This document shows positions 60,770-64,000 of a stretch of DNA of 64,000 nucleotides, one piece after another. This DNA is from Malacoraja senta (lineage: Eukaryota): positions 6,884,001 to 6,948,000 of the forward strand of contig CM075998.1 of the NCBI GenBank assembly GCA_038087875.1, given 5' to 3'. The translations under genes were made by a program, and so were the position numbers. Every line of letters starts with the position of its first letter. The stretch's first letter is position 1. Under the pieces are notes generated by a model, which ran no database searches, had not been told where the DNA came from, and was given only the letters and a program-made list of their open reading frames with translations.

Positions 60770-61505
60770 TGCTTAGTTTAGTGTATCGGGGTACAGTGCA
60801 AAGAAAGCTTTTGCTGCATGCTAAATAGTCAGTGGAAAGACTATGCATGATTATATCCACAGTGTACAGATACATGATAAAGGGAATACTGTTTGTTGTG
60901 TGATAAAGTCCACCTCCAGTTTAAATTCCATTTGGAATATTTTGGAGGACCAGGAAACCAAGAACCAAGAAAGTCCGATTAAAGATAGTCAAGGATCACC
61001 AGTGAGGTAGATGATAGCTCAGGACCGGACTCTAGTTGGTGATAGGATGGGGTCAGTTGCCTGATAACAGCTGGGAAGAAACTGTATCTGAATCTGAAAG
61101 TGTGTGTTTTCACACTTCTGTACCTCTTGCCCGATTGGAAAGGGGAGAAGCGGGAGTGACCGGGGTGAGACTAGTCCTTGCCGAGGCAGCGTGAAGTGTA
61201 AATGGAGTCAATGGAAGAGAGGTTGGTTTGTGTGATGGTCTGGGCTGCGTCCACAATTCTCTGCAATTTTTTGTGGTCTTGGATGGAGCTGTTCCCAAAC
61301 CGTGCTGAGATGCATCACGATAAAATGCTTTCTACGGCGCATCTGTAGAAGTTGGTGAGAGTTGTTGGGGACATGACGAACTTCCTAAGCCCTCTAATGA
61401 AGTAGAACCGTTGGTGTGCTTTCTTGGCCATTGCTTCAATATGGCTGGTCCAGGACAAGTTGCTAGTGATATTTACTCCTTGGAACTTAAAGCTTTCAAC
61501 CATCC
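60770..61505 (-). mobile_element. Rex1/Babar-like LINE 3' fragment (same family as 325-1450)
   Basis: ORF 61315..61503 (LSWTSHIEAMAKKAHQR). Confidence 0.85.
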
Positions 61506-62181
61506 CTACGGTGTTCTGGTTTCCTCACACATCCGAAAGATGTGCAGGCTTGTAGGTTAATTGGCTTCTGTAAATTGTCCTCAGTGTGTAGGATGGAGCT
61601 AGTGTATGGGTGATCGCTGGTGGGCACAGACTTGGTGGGCCGAAGGGCCTGTTTCCACACTGTATCTCTAAAGTAAACTAAACTTCAAACTACAAGTGAA
61701 TCTTATAATATGTATGGCAAGAGGAAGCAGCAGTAATACTGATCCTTGTGAGATGCTAATTTGATACTTTCCCTGCCACTTTGGCATGCATATAAAGATC
61801 TAACATGCAGTGTGGAGCACGCACAAGAAATCTAAACTGAGCTTACACTATTTAAAGAGATCCTGAATTCCTTTCAGGTTTTTGGGGATGGACTTGAAGA
61901 AAAGCCCGTTGTACTTTATTGGGCTGTTGATATAATGAAGGCTACTATATTTTTGCTGAAATGTTGGTGCATCAGCATTTGTCCCACTGAACGTCCAGAG
62001 CAAAATGGAACTGGGGCATTTTTCTCCTGAAGTTGCTTCTGCCAATTATTCCAGATGTAAATGAGTATTGTCAAACCTCTATATTAAAAAAAGCACGTGA
62101 CCATAAGGATGGTCACATAGGTATGTTTTAAGGAGCTTCATAAGAAGAGAGTTTAGGGAAGGAATTCCACACTGAGGATGG

Positions 62182-62461
62182 ACACAGTGCTGGAGTAACT
62201 CAGCGGGTCAGGCAGCATCTGTGGAGAACATGGATTGGTGACGTTTCACAGAGTGCTGGAGTAACTCAGCGGGTCAGGCAGCATCTGTGGAGAATATGGA
62301 TAGGTGACGTTTCACAGAGTGCTGGAGTAACTCAGCGGGTCAGGCAGCATCTGTGGAGAACATGGATAGGTGACGTTTCACAGAGTGCTGGAGTAACAGC
62401 GGATCAGGCAGCTTCTCTGGAGAACATGGATAGGTGACGTTTCACAGAGTGCTGGAGTAAG
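62182..62461 (-). repeat. Tandem array of ~4.3 x 66-bp pLTR-derived units
   Basis: Unit starts at 62247, 62313, 62379, 62443. Confidence 0.93.
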
Positions 62462-62677
62462 TAACAAATGTAAGTGTAAAACGTGAATAGAGACAATTAC
62501 ACAGGCATGGGGGACAAATTGACTAAAGTAGATTGGGAGATTGTATTAAGTAGATAAGCAGCAACAGACATTGAAGAAATACTTCATAATTTCCAATGAA
62601 TGTGCATTTGAAGAATGCAGTTGTTGAGAAATGGACTCTTTGTGAGAAACGATTCATCCATGGCTACATAAAACACA

Positions 62678-64000
62678 AAATAGACAATAGACAATAGGTG
62701 CAGGAGTAGGCCATTCGGCCCCTCGAGCCAGCACCGCCATTCAATGTGATCATGGCTAATCATCCCCAATCAGTACCCCGTTCCTGCCTTCTCCCCATAT
62801 CCCCTGACTCCGCTATCTTTAAGAGCCCTATCTAGCTCTCTCTTGAAAGCATCCAGAAAACCTGCCTCCATCGTCGTTTGAGGGAGAGAATTCCACAGAC
62901 TCACCACTCTCTGTGAGAAAAAGTGTTTCCTCGTCTCCGTTCTAAATGGCTTACCCCTTATTCTTAAACTGTGGCCCCTGGTTCTGGACTCCCCCAACAT
63001 TGGGAACATGTTTCCTGCCTCTAGCGTGTCCAAACCCTTAATAATCTTATATGTTTCAGTAAGCCTCCCTCTCATCCTTCTAAACTCCAGAGTATACAAG
63101 CCCAGCCACTCCATTCTGTTAGCATATGACAGTCCCGCCATCCCGGGAATTAACCTTGTAAACCTACGCTGCACTCCCTCAATAGCAAGAATGTCCTTCC
63201 TCAAATTAGGGGACCATAACTGCACACAATATTCCAGGGCCCTATACAACTGCAGAAGGACCTCTTTGTTCCTATACTCAACTACTCTTGTTATAAAGGC
63301 CAACATGCCATTCGCTTTCTTCACTGCCTGCTGTACCTGCATGCTTACTTTCATTGACTGATGAACAAGGACCCCTAGATCCCGTTGTACTTCCCCTTTT
63401 TCCAACTTGACACCATTTAGGTAGTAATCTGCCTTCCTGTATTTGCTACCAAAGTGGATAACCTCACATTTATCCACATTAAACTGCATCTGCCATGTAT
63501 CTGCCCACTCACCCAGCCTGTCCAAGTCACCCTGCATTCTCATAGCATCCTCCTCACAGTTCACATTGTCACCCAGCTTTGTGTCATCATCAAATTTGGT
63601 AATGTTGCTTTGAATCCCTTCATCTAAATCATTGATGTATATTATAAATAGCTGCGGTCCCTGCACCGAGCCTTGCGGTACCCCACTAGTCACTGCCTGC
63701 CATTGTGAAAGGGACCCGTTAACCCCTACTCTTTGTTTCCTGTCTGCCAACCAATTTTCTATCCATGTCAGCACTCTACCCCCAATACCATGTGCCCTAA
63801 TTTTGCCCACTAATCTCCTATGTGGGAACTTATCAAATGCTTTCTGAAAGTCCAGGTACACTACATCCACTGGCTCTCTCTTGTCCATTTTCTTAGTTAC
63901 ATCCTCAAAAAATTCCAGAAGATTTGTCAAGCATGATTTCCCCTTCGTAAATCCATGCTGACTCGGACCGATCCTGTTACTGCTATCCAAATGTGCCGCT
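62678..64000 (-). mobile_element. CR1 LINE running off the window end
   Basis: 406-aa RT ORF 62770..63990; (CTATTGT)n tail. Confidence 0.95.

Noticed and set aside
62182..62461. CRISPR-like appearance of regular repeats
   Set aside because: Units are contiguous with no unique spacers, derive from a Penelope pLTR, and the DNA is vertebrate with no cas genes.

Overview
Vertebrate genomic DNA. The repeat content (HE1/V-SINEs, HER1-type CR1 LINEs, DeuSINEs, abundant Penelope pLTRs) points to a cartilaginous fish, probably a skate or ray; this is inferred, not proven. The window appears to lie entirely inside one plus-strand gene, SMARCC2 (BAF170, SWI/SNF core subunit). Fourteen consecutive internal exons (12961-60197) can be read, encoding the acidic linker, SWIRM domain, SANT domain and the start of the C-terminal coiled-coil region; the 5' and 3' exons lie outside the window. 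Introns are packed with nested mobile elements: Penelope-like elements (RT plus GIY-YIG), CR1, Rex1/Babar, L2, Tc1, Tigger/Tc2- and Harbinger-type MITEs, and SINEs. There is a 200-N gap at 45577-45776. Main points of interest: (1) a ~280-bp templated duplication of a SMARCC2 splice acceptor plus partial exon inserted into a CR1 tail; (2) a 1-nt frameshift in an A-run of one exon, probably an assembly error; (3) a dense set of Penelope-derived hammerhead-ribozyme-like motifs, including fold-back insertions with TSDs and 66-bp tandem arrays whose junction falls in the ribozyme core; (4) a young Rex1/Babar insertion with an uninterrupted 2-kb ORF; (5) unclassified short retroposons and a diverged 348-bp tandem duplication. 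I see no evidence for a wholly new multi-gene system.
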